Positions 30,349 to 39,578 of a stretch of 64,000 bases of DNA are shown here, piece after piece. Position numbers and translations under genes: made by a program. Source of the stretch: a bacterium (GTDB lineage: Bacteria > Electryoneota > Electryoneia > Electryoneales > Electryoneaceae); assembly GCA_963669175.1 (NCBI GenBank), contig OY769902.1, forward strand, positions 1,088,001 to 1,152,000, read 5' to 3'. Each line of letters opens with the position of its first letter. The first letter of the stretch is position 1. The notes under the pieces were generated by a model that was not told where the DNA came from, searched no databases, and saw nothing but the letters and a program-made list of their open reading frames with translations.

Positions 30349-30834
30349 GATGCTGTCCGTTGGTTAACTGTTTCAATCGCATGAGAGTACGTTATCTGGA
30401 TCTCAAGTGCAAGCCATCCGGTCGAGAGGATCGTGTTCTTCCGGTCATTCCAGTAAAAATCACGTCACCCGGTTGTTTTTACCAAAGTTGAAGTACGCGC
30501 GTGAGTTTTAGCAACAGGTATGATAATATCCGGCATAACCTGCAAAAAATAGTAACTCATTGTACCACTACAGTCTCCTCACCTGATAGAGGATTTTCTC
30601 GATTTTATTGTTTTGGCCGGGGTGGAGTCATAGTGGAGCATTTAAACTTCAAGTAGACGATTCAAGAACTCTCAAGCAAGAAGCGAGGGAAGGTTCAAGT
30701 TGAGTCAGGTTTTGCTTCCCACTCGCGTGAAAGTCAAGGTATACTTAAAGTAGACGACGAGTCAAAGTTGTTTACCCCGATGAAGAAAAACTTCTTGTTT
30801 GCCGATAAAGAGAGTAGACCAAGCAGGAGGTTTC

Positions 30835-31059
30835 ATGGCAGCGAAGCAGGCAAAAGTGGATTACGCATTGTGTTCGGGTGTAGACGGACACGTTGCGGCA
30901 CATCGTTTCCGGGACGGGAAGATGCACCACCCCGGCTCCCACACACTTTGCCCGGCCTGTCGTGAACTGACACTTCGCCTGTTCAGACAGGAACTGGCTC
31001 GTCAACTGGCGCGGGACACTCAATCCCACGTGAACGGCATTCCGGTTCCTGCTGCATAA
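30835..31059 (+). CDS. 74-aa Cys/His-rich hypothetical protein
   Basis: CAGGAGG RBS 4 nt before ATG; contains C-x4-H, HH and CPAC; own terminator downstream. Confidence 0.7.
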   Translation: MAAKQAKVDYALCSGVDGHVAAHRFRDGKMHHPGSHTLCPACRELTLRLFRQELARQLARDTQSHVNGIPVPAA

Positions 31060-31108
31060 TAGAGTTTGAGCAAGGGCTCCGTCTTCGGTCGGTAGGCCTG
31101 GGGAATAG

Positions 31109-31140
31109 ACGCTGCGGCGTGAGCAACCGCAGCGTTTTTT
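31109..31140 (+). terminator. Intrinsic terminator
   Basis: ACGCTGCGG/CCGCAGCGT stem followed by a T-run. Confidence 0.85.
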
Positions 31141-31167
31141 CGTGCCCTGAAATGGCGAAAGCTCGCA

Positions 31168-31410
31168 AGAATTTACAGGATAGATAGCAGGTATTTACAG
31201 GATAGACAGGATAAAAAGGATGTTAAGGATAAAAAAACGAAAGAATTAATTTTAAATAATTTAGTATTGTTGAAATATAATATTGATATATATAATATGT
31301 TAGTAACGCAATATAAATAAATAATTTATTGCTTTTCTTCTTTATCTTTTATCCTTCTTTTATCTTTTTATCCTTGGTATCCTTACTATCCTGTTCATCC
31401 TGTAAATTCT
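31168..31410. repeat. AGGAT/ATCCT inverted-array element overlapping the 3' end of the permease gene
   Basis: AGAATTTACAGGAT / ATCCTGTAAATTCT reverse-complement ends around a very AT-rich centre. Confidence 0.82.
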
Positions 31411-33697
31411 CTACTGAAGCTGGTTCAGTAGCAACCGACTCAGTGTCAAGCGGATCAGAGGTATCCGCGATCAGGATTTCTTCGCCGGCATGCAGGAACA
31501 GCACATCGTTCAGCTTATTGAAGCCACGCAGGTACTCCCCCTGATCCTTCTGCAACTTTTCGACAGAGAATCCCGTAAGTACGAGATCCGCATCTTGCGA
31601 AATCTCGCAAGCCAGGGCGTCGAACGGTTGATCCGGCGTATGAGGAACAAGCTGCACGTTGCGCAGGGAGATGGGAATACGTCCTTCCTTGATCAGTTTA
31701 TCCAGGCGGTGAACCCGTTTTCCTTCCTCGTTCGGGTTATAGGTATCGAAGACCTTGATTTCGGCGTTTTTCCACTGCGGGTGCGCCAGCAGAATGTAAG
31801 CCAGCAGGATCATGAGGTTCGTGTTCTGGTAATCACCGGGCCGCAGCCAGATGTGAATTTTTCGGTGATATCCGAAATTTCGTTCCGATGAACGCAGGAT
31901 GCAGATATTCATCCCCGCGATTTTCGCGAAGGTACAGCCATCGACAATATCCATCAGGCTCTGGTTCAGGTCCTCCTTGTCAAACTCGAACAGGATGGAG
32001 TTGTTGTCCATTCCGGCGATGCCGGGAATCTGAACAATCTGGGCGACAGCCGTTTTGAAGCTGGGCGAAATGATAGTATCGACATACAACGAGGCCCGGC
32101 TTTGCTGGACCTGTTCGACCAGGCGAGCCTTAATTTTATCCGCGATGGCGTCGGTTTCTTCGTTGAGCGGCCCCTGGATATAATGGATAAACGAACCGAA
32201 TCCATAATAGTGGGAAATCCAGCGCAAGATATCGAACGGAGCCAACCGTTGCAGCGAGTGCGGCGTAAGGGCGATAAACGACGGTCGCCAATTGGTCATG
32301 TCCACCTTGGCTTCACTGCGTTGGATCATAACCTGCAACTTGCGAGTCATCTGGAACAGCACACCTTTTACCACGGCCGCCAGGTCACGTTCGCTTTTGT
32401 GTGACGCTCGCAGGATCAGGTACAGCATGGCCATGGAAAGAACAGCCACCATGGCGGCGATAGCGTTCATCAGGATCATCACGATAAACGCGGCAAGAGC
32501 GCCGATCAGGGACAAGTACCACTTGGTACGGAATTTGGGTCGATAGGACGGGTTCCCGGCAAAATGCTCCAGGAAACTGATAGAACACAACGCGCCATAG
32601 GTGATCATGAAGAACATGGAGATGATGCGCGCCACCATGTCCACATTGCCCACGGATACGAAGAACAGGATAATCGCCGAAGTCAGAAGCAGGCCATTGA
32701 CCGGTTCGTTGGTCCGACCGCGACCGTAGGCGATAAAACGGTTGAATACCTGCCAGGGCAGGACATTATCACGTCCCAACGCCTGCAAGGTGCGTGGCGC
32801 TACCAGGAACGATCCGATAGCTGAAGAAATGGTTGCCGCGGCAAGCCCGATTGGGATAATCGGGGACCATATTGCAATGCGTCCCATGACTAACGTATCC
32901 GGATCAACCAGTTCCGCAGGTGAAGCGCTGAAGGCCAGCTTGATTACAACCAGCAGGTACACCGCCATCCCGGTCAACGCAGCGGCCAGCACACCGACAG
33001 GGATTGATTTTCCCGGGTCACGTAAATCCCCGGACAACCCCACCCCGGCGTTCATCCCGGTAAAAGCCGGGAACACAATAGCGAAGACCTTGAAGAAGGC
33101 GTCCGGATCACGGACCGTATTGAACAGCCCGACATCCTCAGGTCGGTTGGGTGTCGCTGATCCGGCGAAGAACATACTGAGAGATATTGCCAGAACCACG
33201 ACCACTACCCACAGTACTGAAACCCCAATATTCGCGCCACGGATCAGGATAATGATCGCAAGAATAATGAAAGCAGGAAGCGCGATCATGCGGATGTTTG
33301 GTTCAAAGCCGAAGACTCCCTCAAACCAGGGGAATAGGGGTCGAAACGCTTCGGAAAAGGCGATGACGTAGAAGGATACGGCAATAGACTGGGACAGGTA
33401 GAGCGACGTCCCGATAGCGCCGCCTACGGTCGCGCCGAAAGAACGGCTGATGATGTAATACTCGCCGCCGCCCTGCACTTTCAGGTTGGTCGCGATCTCC
33501 GCGACTGCCAGCCCGGTGGGGATGGTGATGGTATGGCCCAGCAGGATGATCAGGACAGCGCCCAGCAGCCCGACATTGCCCACAGCGTAACCGAAACGCA
33601 GGAACAGCACTGCGCCGAGAATCGTGCTGACACTCGCCAGGAAAACCGGAGAGGTTCCCCACCCGTGGCCCTTCTCCTGTGCACTGCTGTCCGACAT
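31349..33697 (-). CDS. Amino-acid permease of the SLC12/cation-chloride cotransporter-like type
   Basis: LFLRFGYAVG; GGGEYYIISRSFG; FPAFTGM.AG..LSGDLRDP..SIP.G; APRTLQAL; NWRP cytoplasmic domain. Confidence 0.9.
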   Translation of the reverse strand: MSDSSAQEKGHGWGTSPVFLASVSTILGAVLFLRFGYAVGNVGLLGAVLIILLGHTITIPTGLAVAEIATNLKVQGGGEYYIISRSFGATVGGAIGTSLYLSQSIAVSFYVIAFSEAFRPLFPWFEGVFGFEPNIRMIALPAFIILAIIILIRGANIGVSVLWVVVVVLAISLSMFFAGSATPNRPEDVGLFNTVRDPDAFFKVFAIVFPAFTGMNAGVGLSGDLRDPGKSIPVGVLAAALTGMAVYLLVVIKLAFSASPAELVDPDTLVMGRIAIWSPIIPIGLAAATISSAIGSFLVAPRTLQALGRDNVLPWQVFNRFIAYGRGRTNEPVNGLLLTSAIILFFVSVGNVDMVARIISMFFMITYGALCSISFLEHFAGNPSYRPKFRTKWYLSLIGALAAFIVMILMNAIAAMVAVLSMAMLYLILRASHKSERDLAAVVKGVLFQMTRKLQVMIQRSEAKVDMTNWRPSFIALTPHSLQRLAPFDILRWISHYYGFGSFIHYIQGPLNEETDAIADKIKARLVEQVQQSRASLYVDTIISPSFKTAVAQIVQIPGIAGMDNNSILFEFDKEDLNQSLMDIVDGCTFAKIAGMNICILRSSERNFGYHRKIHIWLRPGDYQNTNLMILLAYILLAHPQWKNAEIKVFDTYNPNEEGKRVHRLDKLIKEGRIPISLRNVQLVPHTPDQPFDALACEISQDADLVLTGFSVEKLQKDQGEYLRGFNKLNDVLFLHAGEEILIADTSDPLDTESVATEPASVENLQDEQDSKDTKDKKIKEG

Positions 33698-33802
33698 AGC
33701 GCCCCTCTACCGGAATCCCGGTGGCTTGTCCGAAAGCTGCTTAATGGCGATGGTTCTGTCAACCTGTCGCCACGAGCTATGTGCAACAATATGGCCGCAA
33801 CA

Positions 33803-33831
33803 TGTCATCCCCAGTGAAAACGGGGATCTCG
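33803..33831. repeat. Family A palindrome variant
   Basis: TGTCATCCCCAGTGAAAACGGGGATCTCG, reverse-orientation relative of 2821-2853. Confidence 0.8.
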
Positions 33832-34136
33832 TGGTCGAGCAGTTTCTATTTCCCATACAGAAGATATCAATTATACGGCTCATCATTACTTGCAATATCG
33901 GCGTTTTTCACAGGTTGAAGCAATGGAGACAGGGGTAAAGAAGGATTTGTTTCTCCAGTATTACAACAGGCATGTACTGGCATATGATATATATCATACA
34001 GTGTAGTATTACATTGCACACTTGAATAAGCGAATGAGGAGTAGTAACTTCAAAAGGTTCAACACATCAACAAATTTCTTAATCTTCAAAGTAAGCCGAA
34101 TATTCATCTAAACCATTGATATTTAGGAGGCGCGCC

Positions 34137-35525
34137 TTGCTGAAATTACTTCGACTTCAGAACTTCAAAGGGTGGGAAGATACAGATACTATTCGAATGG
34201 CACCCATTACGCTATTTTTCGGGGCTAATAGCTCTGGAAAATCAAGTATCGGCCAATTCTTGATGATGCTAAAACAGACAGTTGAATCTCCTGATAGAAA
34301 GGCTGTCTTCTATCCAGGGGGAAAAAACTCTGCGGTACAGCTTGGATCTTTTCAAGAACTAGTATTCCATAGAAATGTTGACAACAAGATAAGTTTCAAA
34401 TATCAATGGGATCTACAAGAATCTCTCAAGTTTAAGGATCCAGTTTCTGAACAAAATTACTCTGGTGACAAAGTAAGTTTTAGTGCAACAGTGGGATTGA
34501 TCGATAAAGCCAAACATATTCTTGCTTTGGATATGCTTAAATACAACCTGTACAATGATAAATTGAATTTGGAAATTGGAATGGAACGTAAGCCAGGAGC
34601 AAAAGTAGAGTACAAAGTAGAAGCCATTAACTATGATTTGAAAAGGAAACAGGGGCGTGCATGGTATCCAGGCGCTCCCGTTCGTTTTTATGGTTTTCCT
34701 GACGAGGTTGTCGCTTATCACCAGAATGCAGATTTCGTTCAGGCAATCAACTTAGAACATGAGAAACTATTTCGTTCCATTTTTTATCTGGGCCCGTTAA
34801 GGACAAAAACAGAACGAATCTATTCTTGGACTGGAATAGAGCCTGAAAGTGTAGGATACTCTGGTGAAAACACTGTTGCTGCTATTCCAGCTGCGAAGAA
34901 TAGAATGATCAGTCTTGGTTATAATAGACGGAGGAAGAATTTCGAAGAAATCATTGCACAGAAACTGAAAGAAATGGGATTGATTGAAGGTTTCAAAGTC
35001 ACACCAATATCTGAACATCGTCAGGTATATGAAGTTAAACTCCAGACCAAAGGGTCAAACGATTGGGTAGACCTTCCGGATGTTGGATTTGGAATCTCGC
35101 AGGTATTGCCCGTTTTAGTTCAGTGTTTCTATGCGCCTCCAGGATCAATAATAATAATGGAGCAACCCGAAATACATCTTCATCCAAGCGCACAATCAGC
35201 TTTAGCTGATGTAATGATTGATGTTATTAATTCACTAGAAAACGGCTTAGATAGAAATGTACAATTGATAATTGAAACACATTCAGAGCATTTTTTAAGG
35301 AGATTACAAAGGAGAATCGCTGAAAATGTTGTTTCTGAATCGAAAGTGTCCGCATATTTTGCGGATATTACCAATACACCGGCAACATTGCGGCCATTGG
35401 AACTTGATCTATTCGGAAATATAAAGAATTGGCCAAAGAATTTCTTTGGTGATGAGATGGCTGATGTTGCGGGACAAGCAAAGGCAGCTATAAAGAAACG
35501 TATTCAATTAAATGATCAAGAATAG
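34137..35525 (+). CDS. ABC/AAA_21-type ATPase with DUF3696-like C-terminus
   Basis: LQNFKG; Walker A GANSSGKS; signature VGFGISQVLP; IIIMEQPEIHLHP; H-loop IETHSE; C-terminal NWPKNFFGD; AGGAGG before TTG 34137. Confidence 0.9.
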   Translation: MLKLLRLQNFKGWEDTDTIRMAPITLFFGANSSGKSSIGQFLMMLKQTVESPDRKAVFYPGGKNSAVQLGSFQELVFHRNVDNKISFKYQWDLQESLKFKDPVSEQNYSGDKVSFSATVGLIDKAKHILALDMLKYNLYNDKLNLEIGMERKPGAKVEYKVEAINYDLKRKQGRAWYPGAPVRFYGFPDEVVAYHQNADFVQAINLEHEKLFRSIFYLGPLRTKTERIYSWTGIEPESVGYSGENTVAAIPAAKNRMISLGYNRRRKNFEEIIAQKLKEMGLIEGFKVTPISEHRQVYEVKLQTKGSNDWVDLPDVGFGISQVLPVLVQCFYAPPGSIIIMEQPEIHLHPSAQSALADVMIDVINSLENGLDRNVQLIIETHSEHFLRRLQRRIAENVVSESKVSAYFADITNTPATLRPLELDLFGNIKNWPKNFFGDEMADVAGQAKAAIKKRIQLNDQE

Positions 35526-35538
35526 GGAGTGAGTAAAT

Positions 35539-36078
35539 ATGCCTAATATACCTAGGAAGGTAATAGTTGACACCAATGTCCCCATTGTTGCCAATATTGC
35601 GGCCCATCCCGAATATGATAGTGATGTAGATTTAAATTGCATTCTTTCCTGTATTGAAGCAATAGAGACAGTCACTAAGCGGGGTGTTTTAATTATTGAT
35701 GAAAGCGATGAGATTTTTTCAGAATATATAAATCAACCATATTTATCATTAAAAGGACAACCAGGTGTTGGCGATCTATTTGTAAAGTGGATTGCGGATA
35801 ATCAGTGGAATGTTAATTTGATTAATCGGGTTAGAATAACGCAAGTAGACGATACGTTTAGTGAATTTCCCAATGAAGTTGAACTGGAAGATTTTGACAG
35901 ATCTGATAGAAAGTTTATTGCTGTGGCCAATGCGCATCCAGAAAAGCCCCCTGTTCTTGAGGCTACCGACAGCAAATGGTGGGGATGGAAAGAAGCACTA
36001 GAGAGGAATGGTATAAACGTACGCTTCTTGTGTAAGGACTATATTGAACAAAAATACAATGCTAAGTTTGAAAACTAA
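35539..36078 (+). CDS. PIN-domain protein (putative ribonuclease)
   Basis: VIVDTNV, EIFSEY, DRSDRKFIAVA and ATDSKW supply the PIN acidic residues; 13 nt after the ATPase stop with GGGAG RBS. Confidence 0.78.
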   Translation: MPNIPRKVIVDTNVPIVANIAAHPEYDSDVDLNCILSCIEAIETVTKRGVLIIDESDEIFSEYINQPYLSLKGQPGVGDLFVKWIADNQWNVNLINRVRITQVDDTFSEFPNEVELEDFDRSDRKFIAVANAHPEKPPVLEATDSKWWGWKEALERNGINVRFLCKDYIEQKYNAKFEN

Positions 36079-36084
36079 GCGTAG

Positions 36085-38028
36085 CTATGAATTCTTAGAC
36101 AATTTGAAAGCTATAACAGGATCGTGGAAACCTTTCACATCCAGACCGCCCATGGAATCGAACGTGAATTCTGTGGCGATATGGTTAAACGTATCCTCAT
36201 CAACCACGATATCCCCGGAATCGCCTTTCCCCTGCAAGCGTGACGCGAGGTTCACCTTCGACCCGATGATGGTATAGTCAATCTTGTCCTTCGTGCCCAG
36301 GTTGCCCACCGCGACAATTCCGGTGGCGATACCGACACGGATCTGGATCGGGAGGCGTCCTTCCGCGGACCATTTCTCCCGCAAGCGTTTTGCCCCTTCC
36401 TGCATGGCGATGGCGGTACGCACCGCGTTGGCCGGGCTGACAATCGTCCCTTCCTCTTCATTTTCGAAGAAGGCCAGCAGGCCATCACCCAGGTACTTGT
36501 CGATGATACCGTTATGCTCGAACACCAGCCCGACCATGTTCTGCAGGTATTCATCCAGCACCGCCTGTACCTCGTCAGGTGTATTGGTGTCGCAGAAGCC
36601 GGTGAAATTGGCGATATCGCTGAACAAAACGCTGATATACTTACGTTTTCCGCCCGGTTGCAACAGTTCCGGGTTCTTTTCCATACGTTCCAGCAGGGGC
36701 GGCGATAGATAACTGCGCAGCCCTTCACGGATGATGAGCAGGTGTTGCTGCTCGTAATAGAATTTGTAGAAGGTGGCAAAGCCGGTCATCACGACAAACG
36801 GCACCACAAACGGCACCACCGGAAGCACCCAGCCCATCTTGATAAATACCAGCAGCGTCAGGGCAGTATAAGCTGCCAACATCAGGATAGCTGCCACGAT
36901 CAGGGTGACCATATTTCGCTTGATTGCCAGCCACCAGACCGCGACAAGACAGAGTAGCAGGACCATAATATCAAGCCACAACGGCGAATATCGCAGGAAA
37001 TCACCCTGGAAAATGGAGCTGATCAGAGCAGAATAGATAAATGCGAACGGGAAATTGGTTTCCAGCGGCGTTTTTCCGTAATCCTTCCCCGCCGTGGAAA
37101 TGTCGCCCAGGATACCGATCTTGCCCCGGAACATGGTGATCAGCTTGCGAGGATCTTCCACCTTCACCAAATCATAAGCGCTATAGGAAAGCGGCCAGTT
37201 CTCCTGGGCGAAACGTCCCGGCCAGTTAATCAGCATGCAGCCTTCATCATCCAGTGGAATGCTTATGTCCACCGGATCATCAGCGTCCGGAAGTTCGATA
37301 TTCTTCAATGTCAGCTCACGGCTGGATATTTCCAGGTTAGCCAGGTCATAGTCCAAGTATGCCGCAATGCTGGCCATGGCAATCGAGGGCACCAGTTTAC
37401 CGTTACAGTTGGCAACCAGCGGATAACGTCGTATGACACCATCACGATCCGGCAGGAGGTTCACATAGCCGGATGAGTAGGCCATTTCCAGTAATTCGGG
37501 ATAGGGCGCGGCATCAAAACCACTGCATTTGCGAATAACGCTGCTGTTTACCGGTGGATAGGATTCGTAGTTAACCACAGGAACCGGGTAATCAGCGAGG
37601 AGGCGTGGCGGTTCACTGGAGAAATTACCCTGGAACGCGAGCACGACATTCGCAGCTTCATCCACTGCATCCGCCAGCAGCACATCCTCGGTGGAGTCAC
37701 GATGGCCGCTGAACAACAGGTCACAGGCGACAATATCCGATCCCCCTTCGGCGAGGGTCAGGATCAGGTCGCCGATAACATCACGTCCCCAGTCATAATC
37801 TCCGGATTGAGCCTGGGAATAGTCGTCCAGGGAAACATGGTAGAGCAGATCGGAGAGAACCGGGTTTTTGGCGTAAGCGTTACGAAAGGCAAAGCGCTGG
37901 TCCAGCGTATCCAGTTCGGCTACGTCAAAAACACTGGGGAACAGGTATACCACGGCAAGCGCAAAAAGGAGCACAAGCAGGCTGAACAGCAAAAGCTTGC
38001 CTGTTGGGATGGTGTTTTCAGGGTTCAT
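36085..38028 (-). CDS. CHASE2-domain class III adenylate/guanylate cyclase
   Basis: PDRDGVIRRYPL; three TMs; LFSDIANFT; DKYLGDG; YTIIGSKVNLASRLQG. Confidence 0.9.
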   Translation of the reverse strand: MNPENTIPTGKLLLFSLLVLLFALAVVYLFPSVFDVAELDTLDQRFAFRNAYAKNPVLSDLLYHVSLDDYSQAQSGDYDWGRDVIGDLILTLAEGGSDIVACDLLFSGHRDSTEDVLLADAVDEAANVVLAFQGNFSSEPPRLLADYPVPVVNYESYPPVNSSVIRKCSGFDAAPYPELLEMAYSSGYVNLLPDRDGVIRRYPLVANCNGKLVPSIAMASIAAYLDYDLANLEISSRELTLKNIELPDADDPVDISIPLDDEGCMLINWPGRFAQENWPLSYSAYDLVKVEDPRKLITMFRGKIGILGDISTAGKDYGKTPLETNFPFAFIYSALISSIFQGDFLRYSPLWLDIMVLLLCLVAVWWLAIKRNMVTLIVAAILMLAAYTALTLLVFIKMGWVLPVVPFVVPFVVMTGFATFYKFYYEQQHLLIIREGLRSYLSPPLLERMEKNPELLQPGGKRKYISVLFSDIANFTGFCDTNTPDEVQAVLDEYLQNMVGLVFEHNGIIDKYLGDGLLAFFENEEEGTIVSPANAVRTAIAMQEGAKRLREKWSAEGRLPIQIRVGIATGIVAVGNLGTKDKIDYTIIGSKVNLASRLQGKGDSGDIVVDEDTFNHIATEFTFDSMGGLDVKGFHDPVIAFKLSKNS

Positions 38029-38157
38029 GGAACGGCCGCCTCCCTCGGTCTTTCATTTTTCCTGTGAGCATATAATATACACCATATGAAAGACTGTAGC
38101 ATGAGAAACGCCAGTTCCATTCCTACGTAGCCAACAGCATAATAATCCTTTGAATCT

Positions 38158-38374
38158 TCATTCCCACGAAGAACCTGTTCCTGAAAGCAGTAGTCAGGGA
38201 TGGGAACCGAAGCTTACGGTGTCCCGTCTTTTTAGGACAGCCGTAAAACCAATCATATTACGATATTACAATAGGAATAATATTGTCAAGAAGCAAGGTA
38301 TGTAGAGATTTATATTTGTGTTCAACTTGTTGTTTTGTCGATACTTGCCTGGATCCCCACCTGCGTGGGAATGA
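38158..38374. repeat. Inverted doublet of TCATTCCCACG-type palindromes (family A relative)
   Basis: TCATTCCCACG at 38158 and GGATCCCCACCTGCGTGGGAATGA ending at 38374. Confidence 0.7.
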
Positions 38375-38425
38375 ATGTGTCGCTAATCCAGTCATGGTCA
38401 TGAGGCAGGGATGCTTTCCCCAAAC

Positions 38426-39091
38426 CTATTCATGTACAATTTCAATAATATCCCAGGCAACTCTTTCTCCACCGGCTTGTCCGAATAGCTGGTTAGCGGC
38501 TGTTTGCCCTTCGCTGGATTCATCTGCCGACCGATAGCTGGCTCCGACCATTTCCGGACGATCCAGGCGAGTACGCACCAACGGAGCTTCTCCTTCATCC
38601 ACGTACGTGACCATGGTCAGTTCCGTATCAATCTTACGGGCGTACTTGTCGCGTGTCTTGCCGGAAGCGCCTTCGTACTTCTCAAACTGCTCTTCCAGCT
38701 CTTCAAGGCGTTCCGTGGAGCAGATCATGTAGATCTTTTCAGTTCCGGTACTGTTATCAAGCTGCAACCAGTCTAGTGATGTGGCAGAACCTGTAACGGT
38801 TTCGGCTCCTTCGCCATGCGAGGCGGTATGGTACAGGTAAAAAGAACCGTCGGAAGCTTCCAGAACGATGTAAAAGTAAGAAGGGCCGTGGAGTTTGTAG
38901 TTGATCTTGAAATAATCCCCGGAGTGCAGAGTGCCCCCGTTTTCCACTTCGAACAGGTCGTCCGGCTGGCCGGATTTCATCCCGACAACACCGTAGGTAA
39001 AGGTTACCGTATCCGGTTCCTGCGCAAAACCGAAGGAAAACAGCACGAGAAAAAGCAGACTTGTCGTGAAAAGTTTAACGCCAGTCTTCAT
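38426..39091 (-). CDS. Secreted DUF4384-like domain protein
   Basis: Signal peptide; LHSGDYFKI...YFYIV; WLQLDNSTGTEKIYMICS; GGAGG RBS. Confidence 0.72.
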   Translation of the reverse strand: MKTGVKLFTTSLLFLVLFSFGFAQEPDTVTFTYGVVGMKSGQPDDLFEVENGGTLHSGDYFKINYKLHGPSYFYIVLEASDGSFYLYHTASHGEGAETVTGSATSLDWLQLDNSTGTEKIYMICSTERLEELEEQFEKYEGASGKTRDKYARKIDTELTMVTYVDEGEAPLVRTRLDRPEMVGASYRSADESSEGQTAANQLFGQAGGERVAWDIIEIVHE

Positions 39092-39578
39092 AAAACCTCC
39101 CTCCAACAACAGCTTCAATATGCAACGCCCACCAGTAAAGCAATTGAATATAGGTAATGAGATTACGCGAAATACATGATCCCCCTCACATTTTCAGGTA
39201 AAACATGCAGGCGTACAGGAAATTTGGAGCGTGAAATGAGAAGTGGTGATAAATTACAAGTATTTAGCAAGTGTTTGTTTAATTGTGGTTTAGGTTGAGG
39301 TGGGTATGTAAGTTGTTGTTTGGCATGTTACTTGCTACTTGTTGAGCGAGCAGAATACCGTCTGGTACGGCTCCACATATCCCACCTTGCGCACGCGAAC
39401 CGGTATTGCGTGATGGGGTCGATGAGGGTGTTCGGATCGCGTCAGTCTCTGATGGCAGACGCGATTTTTCTCTCGGCATCCAACCTGTGAAAAGCTACTA
39501 TCTTAGAGAAAGTCCTTGCTTTCCACTCCGTGTTCTTTTATGTTATCCCTTGAAGGGGACAACAGACAGGAATGTGTT

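Noticed and set aside
30622-30638. MraZ operator boxes
   Set aside because: Only two GTGGAG copies and no mraZ/dcw genes downstream.
34137-36078. Complete Menshen, Septu or PARIS system
   Set aside because: No DUF262, HNH or TOPRIM partner; the second gene is PIN-like.
33803-38374. One composite element bounded by palindromes at 33803 and 38374
   Set aside because: The 38374 copy already pairs locally with 38158, and the cyclase has host-like composition.
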